Assembly (NCBI RefSeq): GCF_001194135.2
Contig: NC_068981.1
Span: 20,901,715 to 20,965,714 of the forward strand
Direction of reading: 5' to 3'
DNA from: Octopus bimaculoides
Taxonomy: Eukaryota
DNA length: 64,000 nt
In this document: positions 37,340 to 51,229 of the stretch, in pieces
Position numbering within the stretch: position 1 is the first letter of the stretch
How the letters are laid out: the number at the start of each line of letters is the position of its first letter
Position numbers and translations under genes: made by a program
The notes under the pieces: model-generated
What the model saw: the letters and a program-made list of their open reading frames with translations, nothing else
The model's database searches: none
What the model was told of the DNA's origin: nothing

Positions 37340-40300
37340 CTGCAATAAAAGTTAAAGATAAAATTTGTATTGAAAATCATATTAAGCAAACAAAAACATC
37401 ATTTCACGACTGCTCAAATTTAAACCTTGTTAAAATACATGTCTATCTGAAATGTAGTTTCCAGACGACATCCACTAATGCTGGTATCAGGAAACAGAAC
37501 TCTGGCAGTAATGTCATGGTATTTTGTAGTACAACCAATTTTATCACAAAACGATTAGATTTATAAATATTATCCTACATATTTCTCCGAACATTGTTTT
37601 AAAGTGTTGTTTGTTTTAAGGGACAACTACTGTACACTATTGACAAGTTGTGTGAGTGAATGAAACTACAGGGTTAAATTTGGTCAATTTTTGAATATCT
37701 CAGTTATTTAACTCCAGGTTGTGCATAATTACAATCAAAGGCATTCTAGCTGTGACCATCCTGTCTTTTTCTCATGAGCAAGGAACTCAGGATCACATTT
37801 TTCAACCTGTCCTTTTCTCAGATGAAGTGGTGTGATTCAAGGGAGATATGATTGTTATTTCTAGCAGATGAAATGACTATGTAAAGCACACTTCTAAAGA
37901 GGTACTGAAACGATGTGTTCATAAATGAATCTGCACAAAATTAATAGGACTATTACTATTAGTTGTCAACAGTAAAATTGTTCACTCCTGAGTATGCTTT
38001 CTTTCTACTGGCCAGTTTGAGTGTTCCGGTTGACAGCAACTACAACCCTTGGTAAGATTTCTACAGTTAGGTTTTGGAGGGACTGAAAAAACTCATCCTT
38101 CTCTTGATCTATTGCAATCTAGTCTCACCTCGTCTGCTATTTATTTAACATCACCACCTTGGGTGCTTTTAGTAGAGTTCACTCAGTTGTAAGCATTCTG
38201 ATCTGATTTTAGGCCGAGTAAGCCATACTTTCTTCTTCCCTTTCCTCCTACCAATCCCAAGATGCCTTGCAAAGGTCATGGCTGATGGTCTTTCTCCTCA
38301 GAGTAAGCCAAAAGAGAAAAGGGGGAAAATATGTTATTACTAGTGGTAAGGCATCTTTTTTCCACAACTTTTTTTATGCATTACCTTATCTTTTCCATTA
38401 TCTTTCCTGTTACATAATTCAGTCACTGGACTGTGGTTATGCTGGGCACCACCTTCAGTGTGAACAAAGTGACCCCAATACTTATTTCTTAAGCCTGGTT
38501 CCTTATCCTATCAGACTCTTTTGTTGAACCACTGAATTATGGCAATGTAAACAAACCAACACTGGTTGACAAGCAGTGTGGGACACACACAAGACAATCT
38601 TCCAAACAGTTTCTGTCTACCAAATTCACTCATAAGGCACTGGTAGGCTCAGGGTTATAACAGAAGGTGCCACACAGTGAGACAGAATCCCAAACCACAT
38701 GGTTGCAAAGCGAGCTTCTTAAAACCAGCCATGCTTTATGCCTAGATAGTTTTCTAAATTTGGATGACTCTCCATTGAAAGACAAGTGTTAAATTTCTTA
38801 TAATTTTTCTTGTTACACTCTTCCCCTACCCAAATGACATTCAGAGTAAGTTTCTGGTGTTCAAGATGTCAGCAAAACATGTCCCTACAACAGGTTTTTA
38901 CCTGGCTTTTGAACAAAAACATCAGAAGTAAAAAAACAAAGTGAATGAAAATATTATTGAAGAAAATACTTTTGGGAAAAAAAATGATATTTCCAGCAAA
39001 TTTGAAGACACAATAACAAACAAAGCATACATGTAAATCTCTTCCATGTCAAATAAAGAAAATAGCAAGTAAGCTAATAGTTTCAAATTTGCTTACAACT
39101 ACAGGTAAATTTTTAAGCTGGTGCAGACACTAAATACTTGGCAATGTTTTCTAAAACAAGCTAAGTATATCTACTTGACTTTTTAATTAAAAAAAAAAAA
39201 AAGAAGTTTTCCTCATACCCTTGAGGGAAGAATTACAGTTAGCTCTAGCTGACATGTGAGAAGAAATATTACATCCATAGAGCAAAGGTACAGCTAAGGC
39301 ACAGGGTGTGCCAGTTTTTAAAATTTCCACAGCTCTTTAATGCATTACCATATCTTTTCTTTTAGCTTTCTTGTTACACATTTGAGTCACTGGACTGTAG
39401 CTATGCTTGAACATGAACAAATTGACTGCAGTACTTATTTCTTAAGCCTGGTACTTATATTGTCAGATTCTTTTACCCAACAGCTTGTATAAGTGGGGGG
39501 AATATTTGAGATAGGAGAGGTGGCTTTAAGGTGTTGAGAGGCTGCAGTATGACTGAGAGACAAGTGCAAGTGTCTTGCTATAGTAAAGATACATGGCTAC
39601 CCAGAATTTTGTAAAGGTGGGTGGAAGTACCTGGGGTGACAAAATACAAGAAGGTGAGCATAAGAGGATACAATGGATTGGGGAATGAAGAAGAGAATAT
39701 ATATATGTGAGTGTGCATATACACCGACATGCACCCCACTTATGTATTGCTACATTTCCCTTCCCACTGTTCCTACACTTTGCACATTAACTTCCTACCT
39801 TCTGATCTATCTTCACTCCTATATATCATCATCATCGTTTAACATCCAGTCTCCATGCTGGTATGGATTGGATGGTCTGACACGGAGCAGGCTAGTAGGG
39901 AGCTGCCCAGACTCCAACTGTCTGTTGTGGCACGGTTTCTATTGGCTGGATGCCCTTCCTAAAGCCAACCACTTAACAGTGTGCTAGATGCTTTTTAAGT
40001 GGCACTGGCACCTGAAAAGACAATCTTGTATGTGAAAGACAACGATTTTACTTAGCTTGATATGTCTTATCAAGTACAGCAAATTGCCACATCTCCTGAT
40101 CCCTTATTTCCTCTCTCACACACACACACACACAAACACAAGGTGCATGCATGTCTGTGTGGTTAAGGAATTTACTTTCCACCCATGTTTCAGGTGTCTT
40201 CTACTATTGTCCTAGGCCAACAAATGCTTTGTGAGTGAATTTAGTAGACAAACTGAGTGGAAACCTGTCATACAAGCGTTTATATGTGTTTGTGTGAGTG

Positions 40301-41059
40301 TCTTAGTGCATGATTCCCAACTGCTTGACAACTGGTGTAGGTTTATGTCCCCATAACTTGGCAGTTTAGCAAGAGTACAGCAGAATAAGTACCAACTTAA
40401 AATAAGTGCTGGGGTCAATTTCTTCAACTAACCCTTCAAGGAATGGCTTCGATGACTGAAACAAGTAAAAGGGTAAAAAAAGAATGGAAGAATGGAAGAA
40501 TACACACACACACACAAGTATATGTATGTTCCATTATATCTTAAAGCTATGATTTTGCCTATTTTCTCATGCTAGCATAGGTTAGACAAATATATTTTAT
40601 AGCTGGAAGGACACTTCCTGTTATTAACCTTTACCTGTTTTTCAAGTAAGAGATCTCTTGCTTCACACAACTTTGAAGGTGTGAAGACTGGGTAATTTGT
40701 TGACACGAAAAGTAGCAATAACATCACTTATAGCCAGCAACTTTTATGAAGCATACATGTAAACAAACAAACATCCATGCACATGCACGCATGCATAAAC
40801 AAACATACTGGGTTTCTTTCTGGTTGTCTACCAAATTCGCTTATGGCTTTGGTTGGCTTGACTACAGTAAGAGATAGTTATCCAAGATGCTATGCCTGCA
40901 CAGAGATATCAAGTTAATAGATGAGGTTATGACAGCTACTGAAAGAGTTATAGTGTAACTAACCAGGAAGAGAATTAACCCAGATGAGATACTGTATGGG
41001 TGTGTGCTAAGAAAGAAGTATCACTTTCTTAGCAGTGAGACAACTTGATACATAAATTA

Positions 41060-42035
41060 GATGATGATGTTTGATGGATGCTGCCAGTCTGATCTGATCT
41101 GGACCAAGTCGCATCTATCAAATATCATCATCGAACATCAATCAAATATTGAACCCTAACCCAATACCTAACCAGTCCAAATCAGATCAGACTGGTATAT
41201 GTATACAAGTATGTGTATCTCCTCTCTCTCTCCCTATATATATATATATATATAGCCTATCACAGTGATGTCAATATTTATTTCAGTGTAGTATTTACTT
41301 CATTAAGGTATGAGCCTAGCTTCAAACAACTTCTATGCATATATATATATACACAAGTCTGTATTTGTGTCTATGTATCAGTCTAAATGTAACCAATGCT
41401 TGGACGTGCATACATATGTATGGGCATTTACATTCAGAGAGGGTAGTTGATATCTTTTCTTATCAATTAATACTACCTTGGCTAGGATAACTGTGATGGG
41501 ACATGGCTTAGTGGTTAGAGTATTTGGCTCACAAGTTTATTCCACGTTGCTCCAGTTCACTCAGCTGGCAAAAATGAGTAGTACCTGTGTTTCAAAGGGC
41601 CAACCATGTCTGTGTCATGCTGAATCTCCCTGAGAGCTACGTTAAGGGTACGTGTGTTTGTGGAGTGTCAGTTACTTGTATGTTAATTTCACAAGCAGGC
41701 TGTTCCTTTGATGAAAATGTTTGATGGAAACTGGTTCAGACCAGTTGCATCCATCAAACATCTTCATCATCTCTAAACTCGATCAAACTGGTCCAAACCA
41801 GATCAGACCGATCTGATCCAGTTCGATGATGATGTTTGATGGATGCGACCTTTCTGATCTGGTTTTGACCAGTCTGGAACGTTCTGATCTGATTTCAACT
41901 GATCTGGACTGTTCTGATCCAGATTGGACCAGTTAGGGTTAGGATTTCATGGATGAAGATGTTGGATGAAGATGAGATGTTTGGTGAAAATGTTTGGATG
42001 CAACTGGTCAGATCCCATTTCGACCGGTCTAGAAC
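41060..42035. repeat. Modular palindromic repeat (two blocks, 41060-41195 and 41713-42035) with TTAGGG-like module
   Basis: Modules gatgatgatgtttgatggatgc, ctgatctgat and ttagggttagg occur in both orientations. Confidence 0.75.
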
Positions 42036-42049
42036 TACTTACTAATACT

Positions 42050-43205
42050 AGCCAATAGAAGGACTCTAAGGTCTTACACTTGCTACGTGAAGCTAAAAGA
42101 ATGGCTTGTGAGGGCCATGTAAGTCATGTATAAAGGTGCTATAAGCGAGGTGAGAGTTAGTAATGGATATAGCAATGAATTTAGTATAAAGATAAGTTCC
42201 ATCATGCAGAATTCTCAGTCCCTTTTCATTTACTAGTCTATTAGGCTAAAACAGAGGTATTTAAGATGGTTGTCAATGAGAACTTATATATCCAAGTGGC
42301 CTAATAATATAAGAATTCAAATAAATTCTTATATTTGGATCTGTAGCAGAATTAGAGAAGATATTCCATACATGGTAGCAAAACCTAGAACCAAGAGGCC
42401 TCAAAGTAAATTTAGCAAAGACTAAAGTCTTAGTAAGTAGGAAGGAAGACAAGGCCCTGGTACTGTTAGAGAAATGGCTGTGCTTGATAAGCAGAAAGGA
42501 AGTAGAAATTCCATTCAATGTACCCAGTGACACTCAGGAGGTGTAGTGGAATCAGGGGAAGGCAAATGAGGAAGGTAGACTTCATAATGCAATGGATACT
42601 CAGAAACAGTGACCATTAAGGGCACATAGGATAAAGATTCTCTTAAAAATGTTTTGATGGTACAAGAAGTGTCTGGTACTTAGATGACCTAACAGTGGAG
42701 GTGAATGCTTCAAACGTATAGTAATCAGTATAAGATAGGACTGGAAGATCAGGGAACCATTACTCTTAGAGTGAACGGAAGAGTGTATGATGTCTGTGTG
42801 TGAAGTGCAATGCTGCATGATAGTGAGACATGGCCACTGAATGCAAAGGATTTGTGAAATGAGGTCAGCATACTTTACTGGATATGTAGTGTTAGTGTGC
42901 ATGAACAGTGGGGGTATAGATAGACTGAGAGGCAAGCTGTGTACAAGAATAATTAAATGCAGTATGCAGAAGAGAAGACTGTACTGGTATGGGCATGTGA
43001 TGTGTATGAAGAATAACAGCTGTATAAAGAAGTGCAGCCACTGAAAGTGATTGGCATCTGAGAAAATGATGGAATGAAATGATGAAAACTGATCTTAGAA
43101 TGATTAACCTTACAGAGGAGATGACAGTGGCTGCAGTGATTGGTGACATGCAGTGCTGGAGAAAACCTGTCCAGTTATGCTTGCATAGTGAAATGTTGTA
43201 CAAGG
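42050..43205 (+). mobile_element. Degenerate RTE LINE RT 3' part
   Basis: GLKVNLAKTKVLVS-like segment, QKRRLYWYGHVMCM, AVLEKTCP end. Confidence 0.8.
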
Positions 43206-43384
43206 TATCAAATAAATAAATAAATAAATAAATAAAATGTAATGCATGAATGGCATTTGCCAATACACCCACTTAAAATGGAAATGACATTAGGTAACAT
43301 GCACCAGCATAAGACAAGATGTTTCAAAAGAACAACAAAAGTCTTAGGGGTGCATCAGTTGATCTGGATTCAAAAGACACAAGG

Positions 43385-43418
<34 letters not shown>

Positions 43419-43419
43419 C

Positions 43420-44240
43420 AGCACACAAGTCTACCTTAATAAACATCCAAAATGGCTACCACACACACTGCCTTGCATGCAGCTCAAGTTCTATTCATAA
43501 GTATTTGGTCTTTTACTATTGAGCAATGGGGAATAAAATTATCTATCTCAGACCTCACATGCAATGAGGTGACATACATAACCCTGATGGAAAAACAACT
43601 GCTGACAGACATATTGAATGTAAAACTTAGTCTTCTTCCGTTATGACAGGAAAGAAAGAAGCCTCGAAGATTTAACAGCATCAGTACTGTTACCACACTC
43701 ATGGTGCATAGAAACAGTTAAGCACAAGTATGTACGACAGATTACCCATCAGATACCTCAAATTGTGGCAAAGAATTTCAATAAAGCCATGGCAAGATAG
43801 TAGTATTAACCAACCTGAGCAAAAAAAGCCTAAACTTCAACTTCAAGTGGCCAGAGGGATACATTCTCTCAGGTATATCATAGGATGGTAAACAAGCAGA
43901 GTCTCAATGGTACGCAGTTTATAGAATAAATGATCGGCTAACCTATCACAGACAACCACAGTGGATCTTTGCTTCAGAAATAATGAAGAAATTATCCACA
44001 ATTTAAAGCTGATTACTATATCTGATCATAACATTGTAGAACTAACAGTATATGATGCAAGCATACATGCAGATGAACATCCCAACCCTGCAATGACTAA
44101 ATTTTCACAAGTCTTAATGGAATCAACTGAGAAGGAAGATAAATATGAACCAAGATGTCTGGCAATATGAGGTTCTAAAGAAGACCTGCCTACATCAACG
44201 AAACTGAATTCTAGAAGCATTGTGTGTCCCACCTACACTT
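43420..44240 (+). mobile_element. CR1-group LINE endonuclease fragment
   Basis: TTVDLCFRNNEEIIHNLKLITISDHNIVEL contains the APE D...SDH motifs. Confidence 0.75.
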
Positions 44241-46489
44241 AGTGCTTACCTCCCACTCCCCAATCCTGTCTCACTGTATCACTGCTTTCCGCTAGCCCCT
44301 GACCTGTGTGTTCCATCCACACATCCTGTCTCACTGCATCATTGATATTTGCTAGCCCCAGAAAGTATATGCTCTCAAATGTCCAACAGGATCACTGGGG
44401 GAAGCAGGTAGCTTGATATTTTGGTAACCAAATTAATAATAGTGGAAGATATAATAGCTAGAATAAGAACAGACTGGAGTAAGTTCAGGGAGCTACTAAT
44501 CATCATTGTTTAACATCTGCTTTCCATGCTGGTATGGGTTGAACAGTTTGACTGAGAACTGGTAAGTTGGGGGGGGGGGCTGCACCAGGTTCCAATCTGA
44601 TTTGGTAAGGGATCTATGGCTGGGTGCCCTTCCTAATGCCAACCACTCCAAGAGTGTAGTGGGTGCCTTTTAAGTACCATTGACCTGACACCGGCATAGG
44701 CCATGAATAGTCTCACTTGGCTTGATAGGTCAACACAAGCATAGTATATTGCCAAGGGCCTTGGCCACCTGCTACCATGAGGCTCAACACTTGAATAGTG
44801 TTTTTTATGTGCCAGCCAGACAGCAATGGCATCGGCCTTCTCTCTCAGAGAGAAAAGTAGATAGTACAATGCCCACAAACAACATGGTAGTAAGACATGA
44901 GCTTTGAATGTAGAGGACCTGTGAAGACTTGAAGAGAGTAATGTGAACATGCTCCACCAGATGTGCAAAGTCAGTGTGCATGAAAGAGTACAAATGTGTT
45001 GAGAGAAAAACTGGTCATAAGAGGAATCAGATGTAGTTAGCTAGAGAGAATGTTGCATTGGTTTGGCTATATGTATGGATGAGGATAGTTGGTATGCAGT
45101 GCTTGAGAAGACCTGCCAAGCTATGTTAGTATGGCACGATTCATGTTCTGAAAGCATGTGTCTATACACAACTGAGGTTGTGGAAGCATATCTATGCATA
45201 CAACTGGGTTCCATACCCCAGTGTCCCTGTCATTTAATTCTACTCCCTCATCTCCCAGTCAATCAATAGCTCCATCACACTCCTACCTACTGTATTATTC
45301 TACTAAAGTAAGTAATGAAATCAGAACCTGTAACCATAACACATGTCATTCACCATTTCTATACTGTCAATCATCATTCCTCCTTTCTGAACTAATTCTA
45401 ATTGAAATTCTTCCATCATTCTTACTGTTGTCCTAACTCATATTTACCACCAATCACCCCCAGTCCTGTTCCCCACTCACTACATTCACCTCCTATATAC
45501 ATCACTCTATGTTTATATTTATCTCTCACTTCCCCTCCACTGCTGTAACCTTACCTACCCTGATGATTCTCCTGTCTTCATGCTCTCTTCTACACACTAC
45601 CTTGGACATGCTACCATGATGGTATCTTCAGGTACTTCATCGCCATCATATCTACCTCACTCTGTGATACTGTTCACCAGACCCACTCATGTTAAAATGC
45701 AAAGTAGTCCCAAATCTTCCTGTAACAAACCTATTACACATTAATTTCTCAGCACTTGCATAAAGTGACCATTCTATGTTCTACTTAGGTGAGATGGTTT
45801 TTTAGTTTTGTGAATTTTAAGACAACCTCATGAGTGCTAGTGCCATGGAAAAAAGAAAAAGAAAAGAAAGCACTCAGTACACTCTGTAAAGTGGACAACA
45901 TTAGGAAGGGCATTGGCCAAACAAATGATACCAAAACTGATGCTCGAGAGCAAGGCATGGTCATCTGACCCACAGGATCATGTCTAACCGTCAAACCTAT
46001 GCAAGCATCAGAAAGAGATATGAAAGTAAAAATGACAGTGTGTGTGTCCCTGACTGGCATCGTGTGAAAGTTGTTAATAAACTTCACTATAAATACATAT
46101 AGCTACACTGTATCCTTATATCTCTTCTATCCACTGGACTTACATTCTTTATTCTCACACATTCCAGTCATCCCTTCTGCTTGCAGTAGCATGTCACCTA
46201 TAATTGAGTGGAAATTGTTCAATCTGTGCCCCACCATATCTTGATATTCCTTTCTCTCTACTTCCAAATCAAGATGCTTGAGTGTGTAAGGGTTAGAGGA
46301 GAAATTGCATCATATCTGTCAATATCCAATGACCCCTACCATTGCTCACTACCTTCACAATCGATCGCCTCTCTTAAGCCACCCTCCCATTGACATCTAT
46401 TTGTCAATCTTTTTATTGCTATTCTTACAATCTATCACCCGTGTTCCCCCTTACTAGCTAACATTACTACCCTCCCCACTTTTTATAAT

Positions 46490-47005
46490 GATGAATTGGG
46501 TGACCAAGTCAGCAATGGAGGTGGATGCTCTGAGAGCATAGCTGTAGGAATAAGAATAGGCTGGATAAAGTTCAGAGAGCTTCTACCTTTGCTGGTAACA
46601 AAGGGCCTCTGCTTCAAAGTGAAAAGCAGATTGTATAATATCTATGTGCAAACAGTCATGCTACACGGCAGTGAAACATGGGCTGTGACTGCAGAGAACA
46701 TGAGGAGGTTTGAAAGAAATGAAGCTGGATGTGAAATGTCAGTGTGCATGTATGACAGAGTGTAAGCATTTTGACAGAAAAATTGAACATAAGAGGCATC
46801 AGATGTTGTGTGCAAGAGAGAAAACTGCACTGGTATGGTCATGTGACGCGTATGAACAAGGACAGCTGTGTAAAGAAGTTCTGATCTCTAACTGTGGAGG
46901 GAACCTGTGGAAGAGGTAGACTCAGGAAAATACGGGACTAGGTGGTGAAGCATGATCTTTGAATGTTGGGCCTCATGCAGGTGATGACAAGTACTCAAGA
47001 CTATT
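46490..47005 (+). mobile_element. RTE LINE RT C-terminal fragment
   Basis: ORF 46496-46765: GDQVSNGGGCSESI...GWIKFRELLPLLVTKGL...VMLHGSETWAVT; ORF 46710-46919 region continues the homology. Confidence 0.85.
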
Positions 47006-50000
47006 GGCAACTTTCCATTTAAAAATCTCTTTTCGAGATACCTTTTTGGTTTGTATACTTCTGTCTTGAATGGAGATTTTCTAAAGGACTAGTTTCCGAG
47101 TTACAAAATCAGTGTTTGTAAGGCACTGTATTTTCTATATATTGCAAGTGAGGTTAAACTTCATCATTTACACTTCACTATACACCCAGAACCAACACAA
47201 TGCATATATCAATACCACCACTACTGCACCCCTTCCAAACCTTAGACATCCCAACAGATCACAACATATGCACCAGCAATATATATATATGTATATAGAA
47301 ATACACATATATATGACTACTTCATAAGTGCTGGGTGCTATAATTTAGTGGAATATGTGGCAGAGTGAGACTAAGGAAGTATTAGAATGATGTGGTGAAA
47401 ACTGGCAACATGCAGTGCTGCAGAAGACTCAAGCCTATATCTGCTACCTTAACTCCGTTTCATGTATTTGCTGCTCATCTTCACTCCCTTTCACCTCCAT
47501 GACTCAAATCCTTCCACCTCTCATCTCTGTGTAACCTGTGTTGGTTGTACCATCCTCCTCATCCCTCTGCTTCTCTCACCCTTTACTAAGCCCATATATA
47601 AGAGACTGTCAAATCATTCTCATTCCTCTATCACATTCTCCTATGTTTAGGCCTATGCATACGAGACTGTACTTAACCATCTGTACTCAGTATATGTGAA
47701 TGGCAATTACTGTCAACCATCACTCCCCACCTCTGGGCCATTTCTACTGTAACCCATCACCTACTCTTGCCTTTCTCTACCTCTGCCATTGCTCATCATT
47801 CCCCTCCACAATGACTTTGCCTCTCCCATTATACACTTACTCTCTTTGCATTCTGACCTTTCTGCTGTCATTGCACCGTCTTTAGTCTTGTCCCCCCAAA
47901 GACCAATCAACCACTTTAGTAATGGTGACAAGAAAATACACCTAGTACATTCTGTACAGTGGTTGGTAATAGAAAGGGTATCCAGATGTTGAAACTAAGT
48001 TTTTCTTTTTATACTTCAATTACATCAGCACTGCATTTTTTATGCATTTTATCTAAAAACCGAATTAATATTAAATTTATTCTTTATTTATCTATGGCTA
48101 TGAGGCTACAATATGCGATAAAGACACTGATCCTTTGATGCACAGTTTATCTGCTATGATGAGACATATCAGTTAGTGTGGACAAATAGTATCAGACATT
48201 ACATGGTGATTTGAAAAGTGTTAAAGCATTTCAAGTAGCATGTTAGCTTGCAATCATGAGTGAAAATTGTCATTTACTGTCTAGATGAAATCCTCCAGCA
48301 TGTACATACTGTAGGAGAACAAGAATCTCCTCTAAGGTTATTCTTTAGCAAATAAAACAAGATGGAAATTTCTATGTCAATGAATTATAGAAAAGAATCC
48401 AAAACTACATGTGATCATAATTCCATTCTATTATGTATCCAGTTGTACAATCAAGGTTTCTCTTAAGTTTATATTTTTAATGGCTTTGATCCATCAGGCA
48501 GACTATTGTAAACTGAGCATAATGCATGATCTAGCATGTTTTTAGATCTATTAAGATTAATTCTGTCAAAAAACAAATTAGTTTGATTTTGATTTTCCTT
48601 GCGACTGACTTCAAAGTTCATTTTTTTTTCAAGTCAAATGATATGCTCAAAAACAAGTTGATGAGAAGAATGGCTTCCCATCCCAAAGACCTGGTCCATG
48701 ATGATGATGTGTATATGTCTATATGTGCATAAATATATATCTTATTTGTACAAAGCATTTTATTTAGTTTCTTTATTTTAGCACGTTTCACTGGCATTTA
48801 TTATGTCACATACATTTGCTTTAAATGTGCAACACTGCCTTGTAAAAACACTTTCAGACCCACAAAAACGGAAGTTGATCAATACATACATTACAGTCCT
48901 GTTCTTTTTTATCTTAAGGACTATAGATTTCAAGTTCTAATCACAAGCTTCTTAAAGAGAGAGAAAAAAAGTGTTATATCAACTGATCATTCCTTAATTT
49001 TCTCAGTATCATTGTTTGCTTGCTTCTTCTCTTTCACTTTGTAACTGTTACTTGACAAATTTCACTGTTGTAATTTCATTGGGCTTTCTTAAAGAATAAC
49101 AATAACTGAATGTAGGAACAAAAAACAACAAAGAAGAGAAAATGTTTTCTTTATTTCATAAAAGCATTGTTAGTCTAGCTCAGTTAAATTTTTTACTTGT
49201 GCTCTTATTTTTCAGCAAGTTGACTATAACTGTGATGGCCGGGAAATTTATCTTGAATGTCCTAAGGTACATTTTAAGGAATATAACATTATATTTACAG
49301 TTTGCATATGAAACAAATCACTTGAGGAAACAGTCAATCCTAAAGAATGATAAAAGTTTTGGATAAGATAATTATTGAAAATTGACCAAACATTTCAAAA
49401 ACACCTGCACATTCTGATTGCTCCTAATAAATTTCACCAATGTGTAATGAAGACAGATCAATTATACAGTGATTGATGACTGGGTCACAGAAATGAGATC
49501 ATTGGCATTAGATTTGAATTCTCACATTTACACCATACGAAGAAATACACTGTTCCTGTCTATGTTATGAGAATCCATTACTCAGTGATGTATTAAAAAT
49601 AGTCAAATCTTTTATTCATGCTAAAATAATCTTAGCAACTACTCAGTGGTAGAAAACCAGTCACCAACAAAACAATATTTCTATGTCAATGAATTATAGA
49701 AAAGAATCCAAAACTACATGTGATCATAATTCAACTGAAAATCTAAAATCAAATGATTGATGAAAAAGCTGATTGGAAAGCTTGCCCATAATAATTAAAA
49801 ATATAATTCATGCAGAAAAATTTGGTCATCTAGTGAATGTTTGCATGACCTCATTTCAAAACTATAACTTCAAAGACAAATCAATTGTAAAAATTACAGT
49901 TGCCGTGCTAATAGTTATATTAGTAGTATATATGAATCAAATGAAAATGAATTTAATTCTGTATCTACTAAAAATTTATATCAAGTAGTTAGGAATAAAA

Positions 50001-51229
50001 TGCTACATTTCAGCACAAATCAATTTATAAATTAACTATAGTACTCGAGCTGTCACACAGAGATAAGTGTGTGTAATGATGCATATATTATTATCATTAG
50101 CACTTTGGCTTGTATGTATGAATATTTGATTTTTTTTTTTTCCAATTGGAGGCATTATTGAAATATGAGCATGAAGCAAGTTGCTAATGAGAATATGAGG
50201 ATTTAAATAAAAATGCCACAATAACAGGAAAATTAAGTAAATTAAATTTATCACTCTCCAAATATATGTTTAATTACTTTTGGTATGTACATGTTGTAGT
50301 CAATGATTCACTCATTATTCTACACCATGTTAATTTCTACAAAAATGTTCTACCTAATATCACTCCATGCAAAAGCTACAAATGTACATAATAAGCATTA
50401 CTATTTACATTCACTGCAAAAATTCCTGAAAAACAATATTTCTTGTATAGGCATTAGTGTTAGGAAAGGCATCCAGCTGTAGAAACTTTGCCAGATCAGA
50501 TTGAGCCTGGTGCAGCCTACTGGCTCACCAGTCCTCAGTCAAACTGTCCAACCCATGCCAGCATGAAAAACGGATGTTAAACAATGATGAAGATGATGAT
50601 GATATGAGGAGGCACCAACACGCCTTGGCATTCTAAAATTTCAATCAGTAATTTCAAGTTATTTCTGCTTTTATGTTCTGCTTAATCACAACATGCAACA
50701 TCCATATTGTGAAGAATTATCTAAAGTTAAGTGTTGGAGCATGAGACAACAAGTCAATGGATTGGTCAGTTATTTGGTGGAATTTGTCATTTTCATGTAT
50801 ATTCTTATCACTGTTTGACAAAAAAAAAAAGTCTGTCAAACTCAGGCTAGAATAATGAAGAAATCTCTTATAAATGTAGCAATGTACAGCAAATCATCAT
50901 AATTTATGAACATTAAAGTATTAGTTAAGCATTATGAGACAAAGAAAACAGCAGAAGGATCTTTCAAATCCAAAGAATTAAGTAGAGATGCTGTTGTAGC
51001 AAGTGGAGAAGCTGTTGGGTAATTTAGAAAACTTCAAACTGTTTCTCACGTTGAGCATTATGAGACAAAGAAGACAGCAGAATGAACTTTCAAATATAAA
51101 AATAAACAGAATGATTCCAGCTGGTGTCAAATGATTTGGAAAAATCTTATTAAGTGGAATAAATTAAACAGCTTCAGTTGCTTAAAAGAGTTATAAGAGA
51201 AAAAGTATATATACAAAGACACACAGTGT

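Noticed and set aside
41933-41943. Interstitial telomere
   Set aside because: Only about two TTAGGG units, embedded as a module of a repeat.
49380-49590. Coding-looking minus-strand stretch (MDSHNIDRNSVFLRM)
   Set aside because: Stops in all frames within about 20 codons and no canonical donor in the needed phase.
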